Positions 18,316 through 28,688 of a stretch of 64,000 bases of DNA are shown here, in pieces (the stretch's first letter is position 1; every line of letters starts with the position of its first letter). Under the pieces are notes generated by a model. The model was given only the letters and a program-made list of their open reading frames with translations. It was not told where the DNA came from and ran no database searches. Location: the IMG/VR virus record IMGVR_UViG_3300030107_006644, positions 62,001 through 126,000 of that record. One strand, 5' to 3'. Position numbers and translations under genes: made by a program.

Positions 18316-21300
18316 TGCCAATTTATACAACACACCTATCTTCGTCTGACGGCGCACAGATTACAGGCTCTTTAACTGTTTCAGGATCTAGTACCCTTAC
18401 GGTATATGGTCCAACTGTGCTTAACGCAGACCAAAACACAAGCCACGATCTGCAAGTAAAATCAGTCAACAAAGCTAATATGCTATATGTCGATTCTAGT
18501 ACCGATAGAGTGGGAATTGCGACTAATTCGCCCGCAGGAACGCTCGGCATCGACGGCGATTTGCACTTCCAACCAACAGCAATTTCCACCTCTCACATCA
18601 CCACTGCAGGCTCTCTGGATATTCGTGCAACCAACAACATGAAGATCGCAACAGATGGTGCAGACAGTGTGCGCATTGGACGAACTAACACGACCGCTGC
18701 AAAAATTTATATTCGTTCTGGTGCTGACAACGATCTCGTAATATCCGACTCTAAGGTTGGCATTGGAACGGATAGCCCTAGCTATAGCTTGGATGTTGAT
18801 CCTACTAGCGCATCCGCATTCAGAGTTAAAAACACTACAGCGGGCCTAGATGTAAACTGTGCAATAGAAAATACAGGCGATGACTCCGACGACGGCGTTT
18901 TGATGTCTTACACCGTTCAAGCCGGCGCCGGAGATCCGTCAGTAAGATTTGCCGTTGCTGGCAATGAAACATGGTCTATGGGCATTGACAATTCGGACAA
19001 CGACAAGCTTAAAATTTCTCAAGCGTCTACGTTGCATACAGATACGCGCCTTACGCTTGCTGGCAACAAAGTTGGCATCGGAGTCACCGATCCTGACACC
19101 ACCCTTGAGGTGTACAACGCTGGTACCCAACTTAAACTATCCTATAACGGTTCCGATCATGCAACTTTTGCTGTTGATGACGACGGAGACTTGACGATTG
19201 ACCCATCTGGTGACGCTGTAGTAATTACAGGAAACTTAACAGTTAATGGTACAACACAGACTATCAACACTACAAATACGGTCGTGAAGGACGGTCTTAT
19301 TGAGTTAAATAACGGCGCCACGTCCAACTCTAATGATTGCGGAATTGTAATTGAAAGAGGAAACACCGGCGACAATGCGATTATTGCATGGGATGAATCT
19401 GCAGATGGATTTGTTGTAGGAACAACTACAGCCACTGGCGCATCTACTGGAAACCTTACAATTAGTGCCGCACCCTTTGTTGCCTCGACAATCGAAGGTA
19501 CAGTTGTGAAGGGTACAACCTCTTTGCAAACCCCGCTGATTGAATATACAGACGGCGACGATGCTATTACGATTGCTGATGGCGGAGGGGTCACTTTCGG
19601 TGCTACTGCTGCTGTAACTGGCGTACTAACAGCTAATGCCGGAGTTGTTGTTGACAATATCACAATCGACGGAACAGAAATAGACCTTTCCTCTGGTGAC
19701 CTCACTCTTGATGTCGCTGGGGATATTATATTAAACGCTGATGGAGGCGAAGTGTCGGTTATAGACGATTCTGCTACGATAGCAGCGATCTCTAATCAGA
19801 GCGGCCAAGGCGAATTGAGACTTCATGAGGCTGCTAATTATGTTGGCTTCAAAGCACCAGCGCTTTCCGCTGATCAAATTTGGACACTACCAGCAGCTGA
19901 TGGCTCAAACGGCCAACAGCTCACTACAAATGGTTCGGGTGTGCTTTCTTGGGCCGCAGCCGGCAGTTCCGGTGGCGGAGCGACAGCTGCAGATGATATT
20001 GGCAACGGTGATGCAGCAGTCAACATTTTGACAACTAGCGGCAATATTACTTTAGATGCACAAGCCAACAATGCTGATATTATTTTCAAGGTTGATGACG
20101 ATGGTACCGCTGTCACTGCGCTCACCCTTGACGGCAGCGACGAAGGCAATGCAGTATTTGTCAACGATATTAAATTATCCTCAGATAGTGCGGCAATTCA
20201 CTTTGGCGCTGATAACGAGGTTACGCTTACTCACGATCACAACGTTGGTCTCAAACTTAAGCATACTGCAACTGCTGATGACAAACCCATTGTTCTTACT
20301 TTCCAGACTGGCGAAACGGACATAGCAGCAAACGATGTGCTTGGAGCCATTAACTTTGCGGCTCCTGACGAAGGTCAAGGAACTGACGCTGTTTTGGTCG
20401 CGGCTGGTATTGATGCAGTATCCGAAGGAGACTTTGCCAATAACAACAACGCAACTAAGCTTTCGTTCAAGACGGCAGCTTCGGAAGCAGCAACTGAAAA
20501 GATGTCATTAAGCTCCGCTGGATTGCTAACAGTTGCAGATGATATAGTGATCAAGGCTGATGGTACAATCGGAGGCGCTGATGATACAGATTTGATGACA
20601 TTAGGTGATGGCATACTTACGGTTGCTGGAGAAGTTCAGATGACTACCTTAGATATTGGCGGAGTCAATGTCACAGCTACCGCTGCCGAAATTAACCTTA
20701 TTGACGGCGGAACATCGAGAGGCACAACCGCCGTTGCTAATGGCGACGGCTTCTTACATAATGATGGTGGCACCATGCGAATGACCAACGTCAGCAAGAT
20801 GGCTGATTTGTTCGCAGGCACAGGAATTTCGGCCTCTAATGCCGTTCTCAGCATTGACGCGGCACAAACAGGGATCACTTCTCTTCTCGCCACAGACATT
20901 AAGATCGGTGAAGATGACCAAACAAAGATCGATTTTGAAACTGCCGATGAGATTCATTTCTATGCAGCAAATGCTCAAGAGATGATAGTGCAGGCAAATG
21001 TTGTCGCCCCCGGCGCCGATGACGGTACCGCTCTAGGGGATGCAAACCAGCGATGGTCTGACTTATTCTTAGCTTCCGGCGCCGTTATAAATTTCGATAA
21101 TGGAGATGTGACTTTAACTCATTCCTCCAATACTTTAACAGCAGCCGGCGGGACAGTCGCAACAGCAGCGTTAACAACGTCAACAATTGTTGCCAGCGGA
21201 ATCGTCAAGACAGACGACACCACAGACGCAACCAGCACTACAGATGGCTCGCTTCAAACCGATGGTGGCCTAAGCGTTGCCAAAGATGCTGTAATTGGCG

Positions 21301-24203
21301 ATGATTTGTACTTATTATCAGACAGTGCCGTGTTGGGCTTAGGCGCTGGCAAGGATGCTACATTTACTCACGATGGCACAACCGGCCTTACAATCGCAGC
21401 AACACCAATCTCAATTGATTCAACCGGCGAACTACACCTCAACTCAACAACTGGAGACATCAAGCTTCAAGATGGCGGCACCGATCAAATCGCATTTGAT
21501 CTAGACGGCACAGCCGGTGAAGTTATTATGAAACCAGCCGTTGATTCGGATGATATGGTTTTCTCTCAATACGATGGCACAGAAGTGATTCGTATTGAGG
21601 ATAATGCTTCTTTAGGCTTAGTGGGAAATAAATTAAATATTGCCAATAGCAGCGGCGATGTTATCATAAAGCCTCTCACAGATGCAAAAGATATTATATT
21701 CCAGCAATACGATGGTACTGAAGCTCTTCGCATCGACGATGACACAACTGTCAAAGTGGCCGTGGGCATCACTCCGGATGACTCCGATGGAGCGTATTTA
21801 GGTACTTCGTCGCTGCAATGGAGCGATCTGTTCTTGGCTGACGCTGCCACAATCAAGTTTGGCGATGATCAAGATATTATCTTAACACATGTTGCAGACA
21901 AAGGTCTCACGTTAAGTTCAGCTGCTTCAGGAATGCCAGAATTCATCTTGAAGAACACCAACAACGATGCTGCTGGTGGTCGAGTGGTCTTCCATAAAGA
22001 CGGAGCAAACGCTGCAGATAACGATATCTTGGGTGTTATTGACGCAGAAGGCGAAAACGACGCTGGCAGTCCCGAAACTATTATTTACGGTCATATCGAG
22101 TTCAGTTCTCCTGACATCAGTGATGGTTCTGAAGATGGTGCAATAGAACTTAAAACCATGGTTGGTGGTAGTGCTACAGCTCTTATAGACCTCAACAAGA
22201 CTCTGGCAGGTGGAGTTGCCGTACTTACTGATTTGCAAGTTGGTGATGATGTTAGCCTTAAATCTGATGGCGCCATCCTCAAGATGGGAGCCAATGAAGA
22301 GATCGCAATAACGCATGTTCATGATACTGGAATCTTGGTTACTGATTCAGGCGGCACACCCACTATCCAACTACATGATGCGAACGAGTCTATATCTTCC
22401 GATGGTTCAAAACTAATCCTTACATCCAATGGTGTTGCATTTTCTATGCCAACAGCTGATGGCTCAAACGGCCAGCAGCTTACTACCAATGGTTCGGGCG
22501 TTCTTTCTTGGGCAGCTGCAGGTTCTGGTGGCGGTACCTCGTTCTTCCTTGAAGACGGCGACGGTACCGAAGTTGAGATTGATGACGCGAAAGAAATTAA
22601 GTTTGTTGAAGGTAACGGAATTAATATTAACTGGACTGATACCTCAACCGGTGACGACGGCGATCCTTTTGATCTGACTTTTGAAGTTGCTGGTGCACTA
22701 ACGGGAGTAACCTCGCTGCTAGCAACTGATATCAAAATTGGTGAAGACGATGAGACCAAGATTGATTTCGCTACAGCAAATAGAATTAGAATTTATGCCA
22801 ACAACGCTGAGGCATTGGTACTTCACGGCGATGGAACGGATAGCACGTTTCGTCCAGCCACAGATGATAAGACGGCTCTCGGAAACGGCAGCTATAAGTT
22901 CTCCGATTTATTTTTGGCATCTGGCGGCGTGATTAACTTCAACAACGGCAATACGGATATTACACACAGTAGCAATACGATAACAATGAATGCAAACTCT
23001 GTTGTTACATCTGCCGACTTTACGGTTGGCGATGACTTGAGTGTCACGGATAATGTATCGCTAACTTCCGACTCCAGTTTTATTCAAATGGGCGCCGGCA
23101 ACGATGTTACGATTACTCACGACGGAACAACTGGTGTGACCATTGCGGCAAGTCCAATTATTCTCGATTCTGGCGCCGCTATTGAACTTGATACAGCAAC
23201 GGGAGATATAAAGCTTTCTGATGCGGGAACCGAACAATATCACATTGATTTGGATAGTTCCGCAGGCGCAATTATATTCGAACACTTAATTGATGGGGAT
23301 GATACTGTCTTCCGTCGCCATGGATCCGATGAAATAGCTCGCTTTACGGATGAAAGAAGTTTGGACTTCTTGCACGACGACCTAACTGTTATGAATTTTG
23401 GCGCAAACAAAGACATCACGCTATCGCACAATCACGATGTTGGCTTGACAATCACGAATACTCTCACTGGCGCCAGTAAGCCGATTATTTTAACTCTCAA
23501 GTCGTCTGAAGCCAATGTTGCAACGGGAGATACGGTTGGCGAAATTCACTTTAAGGGCAGCGACAACAGCAACGGGGATGCCCTCTTGACCTGTGCGGCC
23601 ATTTCGGCGATGGCTACGGCCAACCACACGGCTAGCAGCAACGCAGCTGCCCTGCTTTTCAAAACGGGTAATTCCGAGGCGGCCACCACAAAAATGTCGA
23701 TTGGGTCTAACGGCCGTGTTGGAATCGGTACAGACGCTGAGAACATGACACCGGATAATGCTCTGGAAATTGTGGATGATGGCGTTGCTTCCGGCCAGCT
23801 TAAACTATCTTACGATGCTAGCAACGGTGTGACAGCAGGTTCCGACTCAGTTGGTAACTGTGCAATTGCTCCCATGGGCACGATGATCTTCAATTCGTAT
23901 GCTGCTGTTAACGCAGCCGGCGACGATCAGGGAAGTGCGGCTGACTTAACAAAGTATTATAATGGTATCTCTGGAGCAGATGGAACTAAGGGTGTAGAAC
24001 TTCCAACCGGAGCTATTACCGGAATGACAATTCATGTCATGAATCAGGGAGGCTCTAACTTAAAGGTGTATCCTCCTACCGGCCAAGCAATTAATGCTGG
24101 AAACGCTAATGCGGCCTGCACTCTGAGCGGCGGTGCGTGGGTCATGTTCATCTACAGCGGCAACAATACGTGGAACAGTTTCGGCGCCGTAACCGGTCCA
24201 TAA
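18315..24203 (+). CDS. very long fibre-like structural protein (1962 aa)
   Basis: VGIGT repeats, duplicated ADGSNGQQLTTNGSGVLSW and TSLLATDIKIGEDD modules. Confidence 0.8.
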   Translation: MPIYTTHLSSSDGAQITGSLTVSGSSTLTVYGPTVLNADQNTSHDLQVKSVNKANMLYVDSSTDRVGIATNSPAGTLGIDGDLHFQPTAISTSHITTAGSLDIRATNNMKIATDGADSVRIGRTNTTAAKIYIRSGADNDLVISDSKVGIGTDSPSYSLDVDPTSASAFRVKNTTAGLDVNCAIENTGDDSDDGVLMSYTVQAGAGDPSVRFAVAGNETWSMGIDNSDNDKLKISQASTLHTDTRLTLAGNKVGIGVTDPDTTLEVYNAGTQLKLSYNGSDHATFAVDDDGDLTIDPSGDAVVITGNLTVNGTTQTINTTNTVVKDGLIELNNGATSNSNDCGIVIERGNTGDNAIIAWDESADGFVVGTTTATGASTGNLTISAAPFVASTIEGTVVKGTTSLQTPLIEYTDGDDAITIADGGGVTFGATAAVTGVLTANAGVVVDNITIDGTEIDLSSGDLTLDVAGDIILNADGGEVSVIDDSATIAAISNQSGQGELRLHEAANYVGFKAPALSADQIWTLPAADGSNGQQLTTNGSGVLSWAAAGSSGGGATAADDIGNGDAAVNILTTSGNITLDAQANNADIIFKVDDDGTAVTALTLDGSDEGNAVFVNDIKLSSDSAAIHFGADNEVTLTHDHNVGLKLKHTATADDKPIVLTFQTGETDIAANDVLGAINFAAPDEGQGTDAVLVAAGIDAVSEGDFANNNNATKLSFKTAASEAATEKMSLSSAGLLTVADDIVIKADGTIGGADDTDLMTLGDGILTVAGEVQMTTLDIGGVNVTATAAEINLIDGGTSRGTTAVANGDGFLHNDGGTMRMTNVSKMADLFAGTGISASNAVLSIDAAQTGITSLLATDIKIGEDDQTKIDFETADEIHFYAANAQEMIVQANVVAPGADDGTALGDANQRWSDLFLASGAVINFDNGDVTLTHSSNTLTAAGGTVATAALTTSTIVASGIVKTDDTTDATSTTDGSLQTDGGLSVAKDAVIGDDLYLLSDSAVLGLGAGKDATFTHDGTTGLTIAATPISIDSTGELHLNSTTGDIKLQDGGTDQIAFDLDGTAGEVIMKPAVDSDDMVFSQYDGTEVIRIEDNASLGLVGNKLNIANSSGDVIIKPLTDAKDIIFQQYDGTEALRIDDDTTVKVAVGITPDDSDGAYLGTSSLQWSDLFLADAATIKFGDDQDIILTHVADKGLTLSSAASGMPEFILKNTNNDAAGGRVVFHKDGANAADNDILGVIDAEGENDAGSPETIIYGHIEFSSPDISDGSEDGAIELKTMVGGSATALIDLNKTLAGGVAVLTDLQVGDDVSLKSDGAILKMGANEEIAITHVHDTGILVTDSGGTPTIQLHDANESISSDGSKLILTSNGVAFSMPTADGSNGQQLTTNGSGVLSWAAAGSGGGTSFFLEDGDGTEVEIDDAKEIKFVEGNGININWTDTSTGDDGDPFDLTFEVAGALTGVTSLLATDIKIGEDDETKIDFATANRIRIYANNAEALVLHGDGTDSTFRPATDDKTALGNGSYKFSDLFLASGGVINFNNGNTDITHSSNTITMNANSVVTSADFTVGDDLSVTDNVSLTSDSSFIQMGAGNDVTITHDGTTGVTIAASPIILDSGAAIELDTATGDIKLSDAGTEQYHIDLDSSAGAIIFEHLIDGDDTVFRRHGSDEIARFTDERSLDFLHDDLTVMNFGANKDITLSHNHDVGLTITNTLTGASKPIILTLKSSEANVATGDTVGEIHFKGSDNSNGDALLTCAAISAMATANHTASSNAAALLFKTGNSEAATTKMSIGSNGRVGIGTDAENMTPDNALEIVDDGVASGQLKLSYDASNGVTAGSDSVGNCAIAPMGTMIFNSYAAVNAAGDDQGSAADLTKYYNGISGADGTKGVELPTGAITGMTIHVMNQGGSNLKVYPPTGQAINAGNANAACTLSGGAWVMFIYSGNNTWNSFGAVTGP

Positions 24204-24253
24204 TAGTTCCAAATACTTTCTTCTTGTAAAATCGGCATTTAGCCAATCGAGGC

Positions 24254-24262
24254 ACTATTTAT
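24254..24262 (+). promoter_or_regulatory. phage late-promoter motif ACTATTTAT (representative copy before scaffold/MCP)
   Basis: CTA(T/C/A)TTA recurs before many structural genes, e.g. 2446, 4386, 8722, 11927, 16400, 27586, 28365, 28662, 31444, 36980, 39722, 41610, 52994, 56916. Confidence 0.7.
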
Positions 24263-24326
24263 TTGTGATAAAACAATTTTATATACGACGAAACGTATAT
24301 AGTACAATTTGGATCGGGAGAAAATA

Positions 24327-25574
24327 ATGTCTACAATGCTGGAGCAAGCGATAGTTGATGCGAAAGCGCTGAAAGAAGCCGCAGTTAAGAGTGCTGAACA
24401 AGCGATAATAGAAAAATACGCACCTGAAGTTAAACAAGCTGTTGAGAGTTTGCTTGAGCAAGGTCCGCCACCGGGAATGCCGATGGATCCCATGGGGATG
24501 CCCCCCGGAGATCCGGCTATGATGGGTGGTATGCCAATGGATCCCATGGGGGCGCCTCCTCCTGCCCCCGGCGCGGGAGCCGATCCGGCCGCCGCCATGG
24601 GTTCTCTCGTTCCACCCCCTGTTGCAGGCACGCAAGGAGAAAATCTTTGCCCCTGCCCCGAAGAAGGTAAACCCGTGAATCTTGATTTGACACAGCTGGT
24701 CCATGCAATAAACGGAGAAGCAGCTATGCAAGATGCAGCTATGGGAATGGCGGCCGGCGGAATGCCTCCAATGCCTCCCGGCGGAATGCCTCCAATGCCT
24801 CCCGGAATGGGAATGGCACCTCCCCCAATGCCAGCCGCAGGACAGAGCCCGATGGCTCCCGGTGGCGGAATGGGCTTACCGCCCGGAATGATGGCAGAGG
24901 GTCAAGTCCTCGCTCTAACGCAAGAGGCTTTACAAGAAATCATTGATGAGTCCAACGACCTCGGTATTGACGAGGAAATGTTGAGCAGCATCGCAGAAGA
25001 AGTTATGGCCGGCCTTAAGGAAGAGGCCAACTTCGAAACTAGAGCAAACTTTAGTTCTCCCTCGACAGGTATGGGTGGAAACACCACGCCAGTCGGAGTT
25101 CACCAAGAGGCTGATGATATCGCATGTGCAGAACTCGCCTTGGCTGAGAAAAATGAAGCTCTCCGTCAGGACAATACGAATATCAGAGAATATGCAATTG
25201 CTCTAGAGCAAAAAAATGAACAGATTACCCAAATGTTACAGCATTTAAATGAGAGGTTGTACGTAGTTAACCTTTCGAATGCTAAACTACTATACACGAA
25301 CCGTGTCTTAAGTGATAACTCCTTGAATGAGCGGCAACGCATAAAGATTGTCGAAACCATCTCAAAGTCCGGTTCACCCGAAGAGGCGAAAGCACTTTAC
25401 GAAACTCTTCTAAGCGCAGTGGGGACACAAGTCAAACCTAAAAAGACTCCCAAATCACTTCGTGAAGCAGTCAGTAGAGACCGGTCTCTTCAGATGCCGA
25501 GAAGGCAAAAACCAAGTTCTCCCGATGCGAAAGCTATGGATAGAATGAGGATGCTTGCTGGTATCAAAAAGTGA
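24327..25574 (+). CDS. prohead scaffold/core protein (T4 gp22-like position)
   Basis: Directly upstream of the MCP; coiled coil, VNLSNAKLLYTNRVL, C-terminal DRMRMLAGIK; Pro/Met/Gly-rich insert. Confidence 0.8.
   Translation: MSTMLEQAIVDAKALKEAAVKSAEQAIIEKYAPEVKQAVESLLEQGPPPGMPMDPMGMPPGDPAMMGGMPMDPMGAPPPAPGAGADPAAAMGSLVPPPVAGTQGENLCPCPEEGKPVNLDLTQLVHAINGEAAMQDAAMGMAAGGMPPMPPGGMPPMPPGMGMAPPPMPAAGQSPMAPGGGMGLPPGMMAEGQVLALTQEALQEIIDESNDLGIDEEMLSSIAEEVMAGLKEEANFETRANFSSPSTGMGGNTTPVGVHQEADDIACAELALAEKNEALRQDNTNIREYAIALEQKNEQITQMLQHLNERLYVVNLSNAKLLYTNRVLSDNSLNERQRIKIVETISKSGSPEEAKALYETLLSAVGTQVKPKKTPKSLREAVSRDRSLQMPRRQKPSSPDAKAMDRMRMLAGIKK
24756..24803 (+). repeat. perfect 24-bp tandem repeat x2 (GGMPPMPP)
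   Basis: ggcggaatgcctccaatgcctccc twice. Confidence 0.9.
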
Positions 25575-25605
25575 AAACGACAAATAAAAGGAGTAAAATT
25601 ACAAA

Positions 25606-27516
25606 ATGTCTGTATTACAAAAACTAACCGAGGGGATTGTTGACAGAGATCTTGGAAAGGAAGGCGCCGCCCTGCTTAGTAAGTGGGAACGTACCGGTCT
25701 TTTAGAGGGTCTTAACAATGATCATACTCGTTCTAGCATGGCTAGACTGCTTGAAAATCAAGCAAAGGAGCTTCTCCGAGAGGCTTCTACTATGGCCGGC
25801 GGTGACGTTGAAGGCTTCGCATCTGTTGCGTTCCCGATTGTCCGTCGTGTCTTTGGAGGCCTTATCGCCAACGATCTGGTTTCCGTGCAGCCTATGAGCT
25901 TGCCTTCTGGTCTGATCTTCTTCTTAGACTTTCAGGTCACACCCGGTACCGCTCCTAGACTTGGCGCCAGCGATGACGATTCGTTATTCGGCGGTGGCCG
26001 CGTCGGTTCTGCAATCACTGGCGGTGTCAGTCTCGTCGACAATGACATTGAGAAGGGTTTCTACAACCTTAATCAAGGTTATTCGTCTCCGACTGGATCG
26101 CTTCAGCTTACGCTGGTTCCGATTGCTTCCGGTACTGTTGGTAGTGGTATCCTTGATGATGCCGTAGGGGCAGTGTCCCACTCTAGCTGGAAGAACAGCA
26201 AGGCAACCTCGCTTAGCGAGCTTTGCCAGTACGATCCCGATCTTTCTGGATCTTGCGTTGTTGTTGCAACCGCTGCGGGTAATGCCCTTCTGGGCGCAGC
26301 CGGCACTGGTAGTTTGAATCGTGATAACTTAGTTGCGATGATGATTTCATACAATGCATCGGATACCGCCTCCGCAGATGGTCTCTATACGGGTGTCGGA
26401 GGTGCTGCTCGCATGCATCGTCGTCTTACTCGCTTAGTCGGCAGATCTGCAACCACTGCTGAGTACAGCAACCAAGCTTTGGATCCGGGTGATAGCACCA
26501 ACACATCTCTTTTGTTCGTGTTTGAGTCTACGGGTTCGGCAGCCGGCGCAGGAGCTACTGCGGTCAGTCATGAGACAGGCCTCAAGAACCTCTTGACTCG
26601 GGTTGGTTCTGGTGCAAGTGCTACGGTTAGAGCCAAGGCTTTCGACTATCCAATTAGAGATAATCTCAACAATGTTGGAGAAAGAGCACTTGGATCGCTC
26701 GTCGGTGCTGACCAGTGGGGACTGGAAGCCAATGAGGAAATCCCTGAGATCGACATCAAGGTCGATTCCGTGGCGATTACCGCTGTAACCAAGAAGCTCA
26801 AGGCCAAGTGGACGCCTGAGTTGGGACAGGATCTTAATGCCTATCACAACTTGGACGCCGAGGTTGAGTTAACCGGTATTCTTTCCGAGCAGATTGCGCT
26901 GGAGATTGATCGCGAAATCGTGAACGATCTTGTTGTCAACGCATCGGCTGGAACGTACTACTGGTCTCGTTCGCCCGGTATGTTCCTTCGCAGGGACACT
27001 GGTGCTGAGATTGGAGCTAGCTCTGCTGCTCCGGACTTCACCGGTACCGTTAGCGAGTGGTATGAGACTCTTGTCGAAACCATCAACGATGTGTCTGCAC
27101 AGATTCACCGTAAAACTCTCCGTGGTGGAGCAAACTTTATCGTCTGCGGACCTGAAGTTGCTAACATCCTTGAGTTCACCAGTGGATTCCGTGCCAACAT
27201 CACTCATGATGATGACAAGGGAACTGTCGGCGCTGTGAACGCTGGCTCTATCTCGAAGAAGTGGGATGTCTGGGTTGACCCATACTTCCCCCGCAACGTG
27301 ATCCTTGTGGGTCGCCGTGGTAACAGCTTCCTTGAGAGCGGCTATGTTTACGCTCCGTATGTACCACTGCAGACTACCCCCACAATCTTCGGAACGGAAG
27401 ACTTCGTGCCACGTAAGGGTGTTATGACCCGCTACGGCAAGAAGATGGTCCGTCCTGATATGTATGGGCTAGTTATTGTTCGCGGTCTACTTGGTGAGGC
27501 TGGCGCTACAAGCTAA
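25606..27516 (+). CDS. gp23: major capsid protein (T4 gp23-like)
   Basis: LVSVQPMSLPSGLIFFLDF, KLKAKWTPELGQDLNAYHNLDAEVELT, YAPYVPL, GVMTRYG. Confidence 0.98.
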   Translation: MSVLQKLTEGIVDRDLGKEGAALLSKWERTGLLEGLNNDHTRSSMARLLENQAKELLREASTMAGGDVEGFASVAFPIVRRVFGGLIANDLVSVQPMSLPSGLIFFLDFQVTPGTAPRLGASDDDSLFGGGRVGSAITGGVSLVDNDIEKGFYNLNQGYSSPTGSLQLTLVPIASGTVGSGILDDAVGAVSHSSWKNSKATSLSELCQYDPDLSGSCVVVATAAGNALLGAAGTGSLNRDNLVAMMISYNASDTASADGLYTGVGGAARMHRRLTRLVGRSATTAEYSNQALDPGDSTNTSLLFVFESTGSAAGAGATAVSHETGLKNLLTRVGSGASATVRAKAFDYPIRDNLNNVGERALGSLVGADQWGLEANEEIPEIDIKVDSVAITAVTKKLKAKWTPELGQDLNAYHNLDAEVELTGILSEQIALEIDREIVNDLVVNASAGTYYWSRSPGMFLRRDTGAEIGASSAAPDFTGTVSEWYETLVETINDVSAQIHRKTLRGGANFIVCGPEVANILEFTSGFRANITHDDDKGTVGAVNAGSISKKWDVWVDPYFPRNVILVGRRGNSFLESGYVYAPYVPLQTTPTIFGTEDFVPRKGVMTRYGKKMVRPDMYGLVIVRGLLGEAGATS

Positions 27517-27543
27517 TCAGCTAGAAACAAGTAAAGTAAAGTT

Positions 27544-27575
27544 AAGCCCCCGGCTAGAAAGTCGGGGGCTTTCCT
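27544..27575 (+). terminator. rho-independent terminator after the MCP
   Basis: AAGCCCCCGGCT-agaa-AGTCGGGGGCTT followed by a short T tract. Confidence 0.8.
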
Positions 27576-27657
27576 ATTGGTGAGCACTACTTAGGGGTGA
27601 GAGCAGGTGTATGCTTGCTCTCGCTTGTTTAACATATTATATAAGGAGGAAAAAAAT

Positions 27658-28293
27658 ATGGGAGGAAGAAGATTATCTTCTGGCAGGATTGAAAACTTGC
27701 TAGAAAACATGAAGAGAGAGCTTAAATTTAAGCCTAGCACTAAATTAAACTGGGAGGCGCAAGATGCCAGCAATTCGGGGGAATATACCCACGGAGCAGG
27801 CATGGTCGGTACAGGTGGATCGTGCGAAGTTTTTGTTCACGAAGTGGGCAAAGATATCACCACGACTGTCGAGATCGATTTAACTGGCCTTAAAAAGAAA
27901 AGTGATGTAGGTGATGCTATTGGTGTCGATGGCACTGACGGTTCTTATTTGTTTCAGTACAAAGCGGCTACTCACGGTATTCTTTATAGAATTGAGGTTA
28001 TTTGTATTGAGTTGCCCACTGCGGCTAGTAACGTGCTTTTGGATTTTGACATTATTTCGCAATCCGCAGCGGATGTTGCGTATGATGATGACGTTTCTGG
28101 TGGTACCGCGCTGTTCGCGATGGCTGGCAATATTGCAAAAGGTTCAATCTTGAGCGACGAAGCTATTGGTACGCAGCCAACGGAAAGCCACTATGTGTGT
28201 CTTGCCGATGGAGCCACATCGACAGCTGCTGACGTTTTTACTGGTGGAAAACTTGTTATCAAGTTCTACGGCAGACACGACATCAACACTTGA
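27658..28293 (+). CDS. virion structural protein (possible capsid decoration)
   Basis: AAGGAGG RBS, own late motif at 27586, immediately after the MCP, beta-rich. Confidence 0.6.
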   Translation: MGGRRLSSGRIENLLENMKRELKFKPSTKLNWEAQDASNSGEYTHGAGMVGTGGSCEVFVHEVGKDITTTVEIDLTGLKKKSDVGDAIGVDGTDGSYLFQYKAATHGILYRIEVICIELPTAASNVLLDFDIISQSAADVAYDDDVSGGTALFAMAGNIAKGSILSDEAIGTQPTESHYVCLADGATSTAADVFTGGKLVIKFYGRHDINT

Positions 28294-28325
28294 TCTCTTT
28301 GATCAAATTAAACCTTTAAAGTTTT

Positions 28326-28360
28326 GCCCCCCTTCTTCGGAAGGGGGGTTTTTCCTTTTT
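28326..28360 (+). terminator. rho-independent terminator with UUCG loop
   Basis: GCCCCCCTTC-TTCG-GAAGGGGGGT followed by T-rich tract. Confidence 0.88.
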
Positions 28361-28393
28361 GGCAACTATTTATTACAACAAGGAGGCCATATT

Positions 28394-28624
28394 ATGGGCA
28401 AAAAAAGACGAATTATGAACAGCAATAAGTTTAAGAGTAAAAACGCTTATCTTAGAGATGCACTGGTTAGAACTAGAGAATTATCTGAAAGGGTAGAAGA
28501 GGTTGCAGAGGCAGTAGTGGCTCCGAAGCCGAAGGTTGTAAAGCCAAAAGCTACCAAGAAAGCTAAGAGCACTAAAACGAGCACGACTCGACACAAGACT
28601 ACAAAGACCGCCAAGGCAAAATAA
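28394..28624 (+). CDS. small basic Lys/Ala/Pro/Thr-rich protein
   Basis: AAGGAGG RBS, late motif at 28365; PKPKVVKPKATKKAK tail. Confidence 0.65.
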   Translation: MGKKRRIMNSNKFKSKNAYLRDALVRTRELSERVEEVAEAVVAPKPKVVKPKATKKAKSTKTSTTRHKTTKTAKAK

Positions 28625-28688
28625 TATTAATCTATTAATAGGCCGGTTTCCCCTTCGCGCAACTATTTATGCATAGGAGGATCTATGT

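Noticed and set aside
12406-24203. Diversity-generating retroelement template/variable repeat pair among the fibre repeats
   Set aside because: Mismatches are synonymous and not adenine-specific, and there is no reverse transcriptase in the window.
8326-24803. CRISPR-like arrays at the short repeats in portal and scaffold
   Set aside because: They are in-frame coding tandem repeats with no unique spacers, and no cas genes are present.
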